Source: Candidatus Margulisiibacteriota bacterium (GTDB lineage Bacteria; Margulisbacteria; Termititenacia; CAZZFK01). From it: DNA of 61,019 nucleotides. Made by a program: the position numbers and the translations under genes. The notes beneath the pieces are model-generated. The model did not search any database and had not been told where the DNA came from. It worked only from the letters and a program-made list of their open reading frames with translations. Shown in pieces: positions 45,332 to 53,648 of this stretch; the first letter of the stretch is position 1; each line of letters opens with the position of its first letter. The stretch spans positions 1 through 61,019 of the forward strand of contig JBHPMC010000005.1 of NCBI GenBank assembly GCA_042562495.1, in the 5' to 3' direction.

Positions 45332-46366
45332 TTATCTGCTGGAAACCAAAACTCTCTTTAAAGTCTCAATTTCGTCTAATACTTTACCGGTACCATAAGC
45401 AACACAAGAAAGCGGATCGTCTACAACGAACACGGACATGTCTGTTTCCTGACTGATGTATTTATCCAAACCATAAAGCAGCGAACCGCCGCCGGCCATG
45501 ACAATTCCTCTATCCATAATATCCGCTGCAAGTTCTGGTGGAGTTTTTTCAAGGGTCATCCTGATCGCGTCAACAACAGTAGAAATTGGTTCAGATAAAG
45601 CATCTCTAACTTCTGCAGAAGTGATAGTAAAAGTTTTCGGCAAGCCGGTCACAAGATCACGGCCGCGTACTTCCATAGAACATTCTTCATCGAATGGATA
45701 AGCAGAACCGATCTGGATCTTGATCTCTTCAGCGGTCCTTTCACCGATCAACAAGTTATAATTTTTACGGCAATGAGAAACGATCGCTTCATCCATTTCG
45801 TCTCCGGCAACGCGAATTGATTTAGAAACAACAATCCCGCCAAGTGCTAGAACAGCCACTTCAGTAGTACCACCGCCGATATCAACGATCATGCTTCCGG
45901 CAGGTTCAGAGATCGGCAGATTTGCACCGATCGCTGCGGCCATAGGTTCTTCGATCAAATAAGCTTCGCGAGCTCCGGCATGCATGGCAGCATCTAATAC
46001 CGCACGTTTTTCCACACCGGTTATTCCGGAAGGAACACCGATGACTATTCTTGGTTTTACCAAGTGGCTGCGGTTATGTACTTTTTGGATGAAATGACGC
46101 AGCATGGTCTCGGTGATCTCGAAATCAGCGATAACACCATCACGCATCGGGCGTACGGCAATAATATTGCCAGGAGTTCGGCCCAACATGCTTTTGGCAG
46201 CCTCTCCTAAGGCCAGAACACGATTAGAATTTTTTTCTATGGCAACAACGGAAGGTTCACGAAGAACGATCCCTTCACCTTTTACGAAGACAAGAGTATT
46301 CGCAGTACCTAAGTCGATACCTAGATCCCTTGAATATTTACCGAAAATAAAATCGAACACTCCCAT
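45332..46366 (-). CDS. mreB: Rod shape-determining actin homologue MreB
   Basis: '[13 protein letters not shown]', '[13 protein letters not shown]', 'GDEMDEAI' and '[11 protein letters not shown]' are the actin-fold phosphate and adenosine motifs. Confidence 0.95.
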   Translation of the reverse strand: MGVFDFIFGKYSRDLGIDLGTANTLVFVKGEGIVLREPSVVAIEKNSNRVLALGEAAKSMLGRTPGNIIAVRPMRDGVIADFEITETMLRHFIQKVHNRSHLVKPRIVIGVPSGITGVEKRAVLDAAMHAGAREAYLIEEPMAAAIGANLPISEPAGSMIVDIGGGTTEVAVLALGGIVVSKSIRVAGDEMDEAIVSHCRKNYNLLIGERTAEEIKIQIGSAYPFDEECSMEVRGRDLVTGLPKTFTITSAEVRDALSEPISTVVDAIRMTLEKTPPELAADIMDRGIVMAGGGSLLYGLDKYISQETDMSVFVVDDPLSCVAYGTGKVLDEIETLKRVLVSSR

Positions 46367-46385
46367 TTATTCCTCCTACGTACTA

Positions 46386-46988
46386 CTATAATTTATTACT
46401 TACCTTGATCAATAATTCTTTTAATTTCTTTATAGGCAAACCAACGACGTTGTAATAATCTCCTGTGATTTTCTCGACCAATTTGGCACCTTTTGCTTGG
46501 ATACCGTAGGCGCCGGCTTTATCTTTATATTCCCCGCAATTCAAATAAGTAGTGATGCTTTGCTGAGTTAATACTTTAAACTTAACTTTAGTAGTAACTA
46601 CTGCCTTTTCTGTTTTCTTGGAAACCGTATTATAAATGACCAAGCCGGTCAGTACTTTATGTGTTTTTCCGCTAAAAGTAGCTAAAAAACGTTCTGCTTG
46701 GCTTCTATTTTTTGGCTTACCGAAAACTCGGTTATTATATACTATTACTGTATCGCCAGCAATAATTATGGCTTTTTTAGGAGTAGAAACGTATTTTGCT
46801 TTCAACAAAGCATTGTGGAGTAGTTCTTTTTTAATGTTTTTTAGCTGAAAATGTTCTTTCACTTTAGCGATCTTTACTTGAAAAGGTATTCCTAATTCTT
46901 TTAATAGTTTTTGGCGTCTTTTTGACCTAGAGGCGAGGATAAGAACATAGCCTTTTTGTTTAATTTTTTTCTTTAATATGATGTTCAT
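46386..46988 (-). CDS. maf: Maf-like nucleoside triphosphate pyrophosphatase
   Basis: 'LILASRSKRRQKLLKELGIPF', 'IIAGDTVI', 'KAGAYGIQ'. Classic position upstream of mreB. Confidence 0.9.
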   Translation of the reverse strand: MNIILKKKIKQKGYVLILASRSKRRQKLLKELGIPFQVKIAKVKEHFQLKNIKKELLHNALLKAKYVSTPKKAIIIAGDTVIVYNNRVFGKPKNRSQAERFLATFSGKTHKVLTGLVIYNTVSKKTEKAVVTTKVKFKVLTQQSITTYLNCGEYKDKAGAYGIQAKGAKLVEKITGDYYNVVGLPIKKLKELLIKVSNKL

Positions 46989-47042
46989 TTTAATATTATA
47001 TCTATTAAGAAACTTAGGTACAAAGAATTTTAATCACCCCGA

Positions 47043-47066
47043 TCCCCTCCTTAATTAAGGAGGGGA
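47043..47066. repeat. 24-nt perfect palindrome (hairpin) between the SPOR gene and maf
   Basis: TCCCCTCCTTAA|TTAAGGAGGGGA, checked base by base. It contains an AAGGAGG motif on both strands and has no adjacent U-tract. Confidence 0.5.
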
Positions 47067-47131
47067 GTGTTGTCCAATACTTTATATTCCCAGATAAAGG
47101 GGTGGTTATATATTAATATTATTAGGTAAAT

Positions 47132-48043
47132 TTAATTGACTATCGAAGCTTCGTAACCGTAGCTTAAAGCACGCTCCAGCAGGCGTTGGGCAGAATTTTT
47201 GTTGGAGAAAGCGCCGACCTGTACCTGGTATTTTCCACCATCTTCTTTAATGAATGTATCAAAGCCATCATCCTTTAGTTGTTGCATGGTCAGCCTGGCG
47301 TTTTGTTTGTTGCCAAATGAGCCAGCAATGACCCTATAGACCCGCCGCGCGGGTGTGGTATATTTCTGGGACGGCTTATACTGAGTAGCTGTTGTCTTGG
47401 GTTTTAAACCAGTTGATTTAACAAAGATCTTTTCCGTTGTTTTTGGAGCTATAAGCTCCTGAGGAATGGTCACCGGAGCTAATTTACGTGTGCTGGGATT
47501 TAGAAAATCCGGGATCTGCTGTTGTTTGCTCTTTAAAAATTGTTCTTTAACCGGAGGCATGAATATCTTTTGACCCAATATAAAGCTTCCCCAAAAGCTT
47601 AAAGCAATGATGGTCAACGATATCCCGCCTAAGAACAATGTCCTTAAACAGCCTAATCTTGGTTCCTTAGATCTTAAGATCTCTCCGATGCTTTGACCTT
47701 GGTTGTATCCTGCATATTGAGGTTGTTCGTATTGTGTGGGATCTCCGACCGGGCCTGCGCCTTGAAAAGCCGGGATAGTCGTTGGTTGCCTTAAGGGCAT
47801 TTCATAACGGAGCTCCTGAGCCGGAGGCATATAATATTGGTCTCGAGACATAGCTTGAGTAGAGCTTTGTGTTTCAGGATAATTATTTTGGGGCGTATCG
47901 AATTGAAGATCGTCTATGCCAGTACCAAAATCTTCTTTATATTCATCAAGCAACGAAAGGCCCCCCTTCCTTTTTTGCTGTAACAAAGCTATTTTATCAT
48001 ATAAAGCGGTTCTGTCAATAAATGAATGCTTAAAAATAAACAT
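47132..48043 (-). CDS. SPOR-domain (septal peptidoglycan-binding) membrane protein
   Basis: Gln/Pro/Tyr-rich cytoplasmic region and one TM ('LFLGGISLTIIALSFWGSFILG'). C-terminal SPOR: 'YRVIAGSFGNKQNARLTMQQLKDDGFDTFI...YQVQVGAFSNKNSAQRLLERALSYGYEASIV'. Confidence 0.75.
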   Translation of the reverse strand: MFIFKHSFIDRTALYDKIALLQQKRKGGLSLLDEYKEDFGTGIDDLQFDTPQNNYPETQSSTQAMSRDQYYMPPAQELRYEMPLRQPTTIPAFQGAGPVGDPTQYEQPQYAGYNQGQSIGEILRSKEPRLGCLRTLFLGGISLTIIALSFWGSFILGQKIFMPPVKEQFLKSKQQQIPDFLNPSTRKLAPVTIPQELIAPKTTEKIFVKSTGLKPKTTATQYKPSQKYTTPARRVYRVIAGSFGNKQNARLTMQQLKDDGFDTFIKEDGGKYQVQVGAFSNKNSAQRLLERALSYGYEASIVN

Positions 48044-48164
48044 TAATACTTAGTATAAATCTCTTTAAAAATGGGTAAATAAACCATTAGGGATGCAAGT
48101 TTTTACTTGTTTTCTCCGATATATTAAGTGTAAGAGCCTCAAAAGTATTTTGAAGGGGTTTAAA

Positions 48165-48668
48165 ATGATCTATAGTAACGATATAACTCATGATATGAAT
48201 TATCTGACCCTAGGGTATCAGAAACTCAACTTTGAAGGTCAGAAACGTGAGCTCAGTAAAGAGGCCAAAAGAACGGAAGGTAAACTGGGTGAGCTGATCA
48301 GTGTAGCCAGCTCTTTAAAAGAACCTTTTGATAAGAGAAGCGCTTTTTGGAGCATCGTTGATCCTTTGATAAAAAAACACATTGTAAATTATAGCGACTC
48401 TATTTCTAAGAAATCCGGGATACATAAGGTTTTAAAAGATCTTAAGGTTGTTCTGGAAAGGGCCGGCAAGAATCCGGCCGTAAGATCATTAAGTGATATC
48501 GCCAGGCAAGAGATCATAAGTAATGAGGAGCGGCTACATATTACCAAGGGTTACGGGAGATCTTTGGCAGATGAATATTTTCCGACCAAGAACGATCCTG
48601 CTTTGAATTTTTATGTTTACGGCATAAATCCTCAATCAATTCAAACGGTAGACCCTGAAAGAGTTTGA
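48165..48668 (+). CDS. Hypothetical protein (167 aa)
   Basis: The ATG at 48165 with a GAAGGGG SD is preferred over the track's 48093. No motif recognised. Confidence 0.4.
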   Translation: MIYSNDITHDMNYLTLGYQKLNFEGQKRELSKEAKRTEGKLGELISVASSLKEPFDKRSAFWSIVDPLIKKHIVNYSDSISKKSGIHKVLKDLKVVLERAGKNPAVRSLSDIARQEIISNEERLHITKGYGRSLADEYFPTKNDPALNFYVYGINPQSIQTVDPERV

Positions 48669-48751
48669 AAACTCCATATTACAAAGGTACAATTTCAAAG
48701 TGCGTACTAAGTGTATCCAGATATAAAATCAGGTATCTCTAGGAATAATAT

Positions 48752-49108
48752 ATGGAAAAATTAGAGATCAATCATCAGCGCGGGATTTCAATATTAAAGA
48801 TCCAAGGAGATATTGAGGGTGATGATGGCTCCCAGCTATTAGAGATAGTGCAGGGGGCCGAACAAGGTGCGTTGCCTTTTTGGCTGTTGGAGATCCCGGA
48901 CACCAATTTTATGGATAGCAATGTTCTGGAAAGTATCTTGCAGATCGCCTTATATTTGAGGGAACGCAAAGGGGATCTGTTCATTGCCGCCCCTACTCCT
49001 GGAGTGAGGGAGATATTGATGATCACTAAGTTGGATAAAAAGATAAAGATCTTTGCTGCTGTAGAAAATGCTTTAGAAAACATATATCAGACACAACCCG
49101 GGAGATAA
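48752..49108 (+). CDS. STAS-domain protein (anti-sigma-factor antagonist/SpoIIAA-like)
   Basis: 118 aa. 'ISILKIQGDIEGDDGSQLLEIV' is followed by 'FMDSNVLESILQIALYLRERKGDLFIAAPTPGVREILMITKLDKKIKIF'. This shows the STAS fold pattern, with a Ser at the usual phosphorylation position (DS). Confidence 0.7.
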   Translation: MEKLEINHQRGISILKIQGDIEGDDGSQLLEIVQGAEQGALPFWLLEIPDTNFMDSNVLESILQIALYLRERKGDLFIAAPTPGVREILMITKLDKKIKIFAAVENALENIYQTQPGR

Positions 49109-49111
49109 GCA

Positions 49112-50791
49112 ATGGCTTTGAAAAACCTTGGTCAAGCACTTTTGGATAAAGGATTTGTCAGTCCTCAAGATATGGATGCTGCTAAAAAGGCCAATCGGGA
49201 AAGAGAAGAGACCTTTGTTAAGACGCTGATCGATCTTAATTTGGTCGAAGAGGAAAAATTGGCAGCGTTCTTAGCAGATTACCTGCAATTGCCTTTTTTT
49301 CGTTTTGAAGACAAAAAGTTGGATCTGAACGCAATGCGTTTGGTGCCGGGAGAGATCGCTCGCCGTTTTTCCTTTATCCCTTTATTTAAGGTCCAAAATA
49401 CTCTCACTGTAGCGATGGCCGATCCTTTAGATTATCGGGCCATCGAGGAGCTGGAATTTCATACGCAAAGCAGGATAGAGCCGGTAGTTTCTATGTTGGC
49501 CGAGATCAATACCGTACTTGATCAGCATTTTGGTGTGTTTACTTCAATAAAAAAGATCATTGGTGATCTGGATGTAGATGGGCTTTCAAAAGTAGCTTTA
49601 GGCAATATGGAGAATCAGGTCTTTCAATCGTCACCTACTGCCGGTCCTGTGAACAGGATCCTGCATTTGATCATTTCACATGCCATCAAAGAGCGAGCCA
49701 GTGATATTCATTTTGAGCCTACCGAAGAAGATCTGAAGATACGTTTTCGAATAGATGGTGTACTGCGGTCGATGATGACCTTCCCGCGTCACATGAGCAA
49801 TTCTTTGATATCCAGTATCAAGATCTTGGCCAGAATGGATATTGCAGAGAAAAGAGTTCCTTTGGATGGAGGATTTCAGGTAAAAGTAGAAAATAGGATC
49901 ATCGATCTGCGTATCTCCAGTTTTCCGGTGGTCGAGGGTGAAAAGATCGTTATTCGTCTTTTAGATAAAGAAAGTGTTTTGTTCAATATGGAAGATCTGG
50001 GGATGCTACCGGAGACCTTAGAAAAGCTCTTGCCTGTTATTAGTAAAACTTATGGAATAATCCTGGTCACCGGCCCTACCGGCAGTGGTAAGACCACTAC
50101 TTTATATGCCATTTTGAACCGGATCAAAAGTATAGAAAAAAATATTGTTACAATTGAGGATCCTATTGAATATCATTTAGATCTGATCAACCAATCTCAG
50201 ATAAATCCGAAAGCGGGGCTTACTTTTGCTAAGGGTTTACGTTCATTCCTGCGTCAGGACCCAGATATCATACTCGTCGGAGAAGTTCGTGATAATGAGA
50301 CAGCGGAGATAGCTTTTCAAGCCGCGCTTACCGGGCATTTAGTGTTCAGCACCTTACACACCAATGATGCAGCATCTACGGTCACCCGTTTAATAGATAT
50401 GGGTATCGAACCTTACTTGGTCAGCTCATCGGTCATTGGTGTTCTCGCTCAGCGCTTAGTGCGCCGGGTCTGTCAGAAATGTAAAATAGAATATCAACCG
50501 GAACCTGATGCTTTAGAATGGGCCGGCTTGAAATCCGATGAGCATAAATTTTGGCAGGGAGAAGGCTGCCCGGATTGTCAAAATAATGGATACAAAGGGC
50601 GTATGGGCTTATTCGAATTGATGATCCCCGGAGATGATATGCAAAGATTATTAGGCAAAGCCAAGGTCACAGCCAGTGATATCCGTAGGCAGGCAGAAAG
50701 TGAAGGCATGCTGACCTTCAAAGAAGATGGGATCAAAAAAGCTTTGAGCGGATTAACAACGCTTGAAGAAGTGATGCGGGTAATAAGATAA
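49112..50791 (+). CDS. pilB: Type IV pilus / type II secretion assembly ATPase (PilB/GspE family)
   Basis: N-terminal T2SSE_N domain ('LVPGEIARRFSFIPLFKVQNTLTVAMADPLD'). Walker A 'GPTGSGKTTT', Asp box, Walker B 'DPDIILVGEVRD' and His box 'GHLVFSTLHTN'. Tetracysteine 'CQKC...CPDC'. Confidence 0.9.
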   Translation: MALKNLGQALLDKGFVSPQDMDAAKKANREREETFVKTLIDLNLVEEEKLAAFLADYLQLPFFRFEDKKLDLNAMRLVPGEIARRFSFIPLFKVQNTLTVAMADPLDYRAIEELEFHTQSRIEPVVSMLAEINTVLDQHFGVFTSIKKIIGDLDVDGLSKVALGNMENQVFQSSPTAGPVNRILHLIISHAIKERASDIHFEPTEEDLKIRFRIDGVLRSMMTFPRHMSNSLISSIKILARMDIAEKRVPLDGGFQVKVENRIIDLRISSFPVVEGEKIVIRLLDKESVLFNMEDLGMLPETLEKLLPVISKTYGIILVTGPTGSGKTTTLYAILNRIKSIEKNIVTIEDPIEYHLDLINQSQINPKAGLTFAKGLRSFLRQDPDIILVGEVRDNETAEIAFQAALTGHLVFSTLHTNDAASTVTRLIDMGIEPYLVSSSVIGVLAQRLVRRVCQKCKIEYQPEPDALEWAGLKSDEHKFWQGEGCPDCQNNGYKGRMGLFELMIPGDDMQRLLGKAKVTASDIRRQAESEGMLTFKEDGIKKALSGLTTLEEVMRVIR

Positions 50792-50846
50792 ATGTCCTCG
50801 CCTTCGCTTAAAGCTACGGCGAGCAGGCAATGGTCCAAGGAGAAAA

Positions 50847-52064
50847 ATGCCGAAGTTCAGATATTTAGCACGTTCTTTAACTACCGGTCAGAATACACAG
50901 GGAGTCCTTGAAGCTTCTTCGCAGGAGATGTTGCTGGATCGTCTTTATTTCAAAGGATTACAGGCTGTAGAAGTTAATATCGTAGAAAAGAACTTTTCGG
51001 AAAAAGTCACAGATTTTTTTTCACGAGTCGGTCCTGAGGTCCTGATAGTTTTTGTCCGCCAGCTGGGTACTTTGATCCGTTCCGGGATCCCGCTTTTCAA
51101 GGCCATGCAGATCGTTATCGATCAGACCGAGGATGTGCGTTTTAAAAAAATATTAACTAATATAAAGGCCGATCTGGCTGAAGGCTCATCTTTAGCAAAA
51201 GCAATGGCTAATTTCCCGCATATTTTTTCCAGTTTCTTTATAAATATGGTAGCTGTTGGCGAGAATCGCGGGCAGTTGGATGAGGCCTTTGAGAGAATAT
51301 TGCTTTTTGAAGAAAAGACCAGAGAGATCCGCAACAAGGTCGTTTCCGCCCTTACTTATCCTCTGTTGTTATTGATCAGCGGTGCCGGGGTTCTTGCTGC
51401 TCTGATAATCTTTGTGCTGCCAAAATTTGTGCAGATCTTTCAGCAAAGCAATATAGAGCTGCCGATACTGACCAGAGTATTGGTGAAATTTTCAAATGTT
51501 CTGCAAAGTCATTTTGGCTGGATATTCGGCGCGATCCTCGGGATGACGATCGGGACCTGGATATTTTTCCAGACCAAAGAGGGGCAGCACAGCAAGGATT
51601 TTCTTAAATTTAAGCTACCGATATTCGGGCCCGTGATCCATCATGCTGCGATCTCACGTTTTGCTCGGACTTTGGGGACTTTGCATCACAGTGGTGTTCC
51701 TTTGATCCGAGCCTTAGAGCTTAGTAAGGATTCGGTAAACAATATAATAATCGCGGAAGCTTTAGATAAGGTCATTGCCAGTGTGCAGGATGGAAAAGGT
51801 ATTTCCGAGCCGCTTGGCCAGATCAAGATATTTCCTCAGATCATGGTGCATATGATCGGAGTGGGTGAAGAATCCGGCTCTTTAGATGAGATGGCTTTAA
51901 AGACCGCGGATTTTTATGACCAAGAGACCGATTACAAGATCAAGCGCCAAATGGCCTTACTGGAGCCTTTGGCCCTGGTATTTATCGCGATCATAGTTGC
52001 CTTTATTGCGGCTTCGATCCTGCTGCCAATGTTCAAGATGGCCGGTTCTCTGAGGAGATTATAA
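50847..52064 (+). CDS. pilC: Type IV pilus / T2SS inner-membrane platform protein (PilC/GspF family)
   Basis: Two GspF repeats ('FVRQLGTLIRSGIPLFKAMQIV...' and 'FARTLGTLHHSGVPLIRALELS...') and three TMs. Confidence 0.9.
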   Translation: MPKFRYLARSLTTGQNTQGVLEASSQEMLLDRLYFKGLQAVEVNIVEKNFSEKVTDFFSRVGPEVLIVFVRQLGTLIRSGIPLFKAMQIVIDQTEDVRFKKILTNIKADLAEGSSLAKAMANFPHIFSSFFINMVAVGENRGQLDEAFERILLFEEKTREIRNKVVSALTYPLLLLISGAGVLAALIIFVLPKFVQIFQQSNIELPILTRVLVKFSNVLQSHFGWIFGAILGMTIGTWIFFQTKEGQHSKDFLKFKLPIFGPVIHHAAISRFARTLGTLHHSGVPLIRALELSKDSVNNIIIAEALDKVIASVQDGKGISEPLGQIKIFPQIMVHMIGVGEESGSLDEMALKTADFYDQETDYKIKRQMALLEPLALVFIAIIVAFIAASILLPMFKMAGSLRRL

Positions 52065-52429
52065 TGAACAACCCCTTCGGCAAGCTCAGGGCAAGATCAT
52101 TTCGTCAAAAACAGGGGAATAGCGGATTTACTTTATTAGAAATAATCATAGCTGTCTTTTTCGTCTCAGTCGCCTTGATCGGGATCATTGAGATATTTAA
52201 TATTGATATAAGTGCGATCGAAAATACCCGCGAACAAATGAAAGCCAATTCTAAGGCTCAAGAGATCATGGAAGAGATCGCCATAGATCCTGGCAGCAGA
52301 GTAAGCAGGGGAGATGAATTACTTGTCGAAGACACCGGCTTATCCCAGCTGGTCACTGTCAATGTTTCCTGGCAGACACTTAAATCCAAAGGCGCAGTAG
52401 TGCTCAATAGAGAGTTCTTTAAATGGTAA
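52064..52429 (+). CDS. Prepilin-type N-terminal cleavage/methylation domain protein (pilin/pseudopilin) with long leader
   Basis: '...KQGNSG|FTLLEIIIAVFFVSVALIGI' is the class III signal G|F-T-L-x-E, preceded by about 21 residues. The start overlaps the pilC stop (ATAATGA). Confidence 0.7.
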   Translation: MNNPFGKLRARSFRQKQGNSGFTLLEIIIAVFFVSVALIGIIEIFNIDISAIENTREQMKANSKAQEIMEEIAIDPGSRVSRGDELLVEDTGLSQLVTVNVSWQTLKSKGAVVLNREFFKW

Positions 52430-53001
52430 GTAAAAAGTTATTAGAAAAGTTACGTTCAAAGAAAAAAGGTCAGCGCGGGCTTACTTTAATGGAAGTGATC
52501 CTAGCCCTGGCTATTGCCATATTTATTTTTGAGCTGGTGTTCTATGTTTATATGAGCCTGTTCCGCTCCTGGGATATCGGTTTTATGCGGGGCAAGGTCG
52601 AAGATGAAGCGCAGCGGGTCGTCACTCAAGTTTCCAAAGAGCTGCGCGGTGCATCAGCAAATATTGTTTTAAGTCAAAATAATCCTACCTGGCTAAGTTT
52701 TCGCAATCAGCAGGATAAGGTCGTCTATCTATATAATCCGGAAACTTCATATATAGATTTCTCTGTGGGTAATTATGTAACGAAAAATGCCATGTTAAAA
52801 ACAATAAGAACCAATGTTCTTAATGAAAATAATTATGGTGAAGGTGCGGTGATCGCCAAAGATCTGGTACCGCCCAGCGGAGCAGAAGGTGGGACCAGGT
52901 TCAAGCTCGAGCCAACAGGCTTGATCCGTATCCAGGTCGTTTCGCGGGCGCCGGACACAGCACTAACTTTAAATGCGGCGGTATATTCGAGGAATTTATG
53001 A
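52423..53001 (+). CDS. Prepilin-type pseudopilin
   Basis: 'KKGQRG|LTLMEVILALAIAIFIFELVF' is the class III signal with Glu+5. It overlaps the upstream gene by 7 nt. Confidence 0.65.
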   Translation: MVSKKLLEKLRSKKKGQRGLTLMEVILALAIAIFIFELVFYVYMSLFRSWDIGFMRGKVEDEAQRVVTQVSKELRGASANIVLSQNNPTWLSFRNQQDKVVYLYNPETSYIDFSVGNYVTKNAMLKTIRTNVLNENNYGEGAVIAKDLVPPSGAEGGTRFKLEPTGLIRIQVVSRAPDTALTLNAAVYSRNL

Positions 53002-53381
53002 AAAAACAAGAACAAGGTTTTGTATTAATAACGGTCTTAATAGTAGTCTTTGTCCTATCAACTCTGGGGCTGACCCGGCTTTTGCTTTCCGCATCGCGTA
53101 CTTCAGAGATCAACGGTCATACTCAGGATCTAAAGTTGCTGGCCCTGGCAGAATCAGGCATCAGTCTAGCCCAGGCCAATGCTACAGATCTTAGCGGAGT
53201 AAATAATGTAGAGTTTTTTCTCGGAGATGGTTCATATATTGTCATAGGGGATACAGCAGGTTTGATCAAGACGGTTACCGTGAACAGCTTTATTCCCAAC
53301 CAAGCAAATTCAAAACAGACCAAGATGATCGTTATCTCAGGTGAAAGTATAACCAATAATTATACTTGGCAGGAGCTGTAA
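52998..53381 (+). CDS. PilX/GspK-like minor pseudopilin (putative)
   Basis: 'MKKQEQG|FVLITVLIVVFVLSTLGL' is a pilin-like hydrophobic N-terminus lacking Glu+5, as in GspK/PilX-type proteins. It overlaps the upstream stop (ATGA). Confidence 0.5.
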   Translation: MKKQEQGFVLITVLIVVFVLSTLGLTRLLLSASRTSEINGHTQDLKLLALAESGISLAQANATDLSGVNNVEFFLGDGSYIVIGDTAGLIKTVTVNSFIPNQANSKQTKMIVISGESITNNYTWQEL

Positions 53382-53383
53382 GT

Positions 53384-53572
53384 ATGGGAAAGATAGTTAA
53401 TATAGATCAAGAAGCATGTAACGGATGTGGAGCATGTGTTACGCTCTGTCCTCAACGTATTTTATATATAGATCCGAATACAAATACCTGTCGGGTAACT
53501 GATGAAAGTTTATGCGATAAATTAAAAGGCTGCGAGCGGGCCTGTCCGACCGGGGCGATCGAGATCCGTTAA
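53384..53572 (+). CDS. Small 4Fe-4S ferredoxin-type protein
   Basis: 'CNGCGACVTLCP' is CxxCxxCxxxCP. A second, irregular cluster motif is 'C..(9)..CDKLKGCERACP'. The ATG at 53384 is preferred, since the track's TTG at 53366 overlaps the pseudopilin gene. Confidence 0.8.
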   Translation: MGKIVNIDQEACNGCGACVTLCPQRILYIDPNTNTCRVTDESLCDKLKGCERACPTGAIEIR

Positions 53573-53648
53573 ATTTTCTGCAATTTTCCTAGAAAAATTA
53601 CGATATCTTAATGCCAGAAGTATTATCTAGCGCAGATAAAGTATATGG

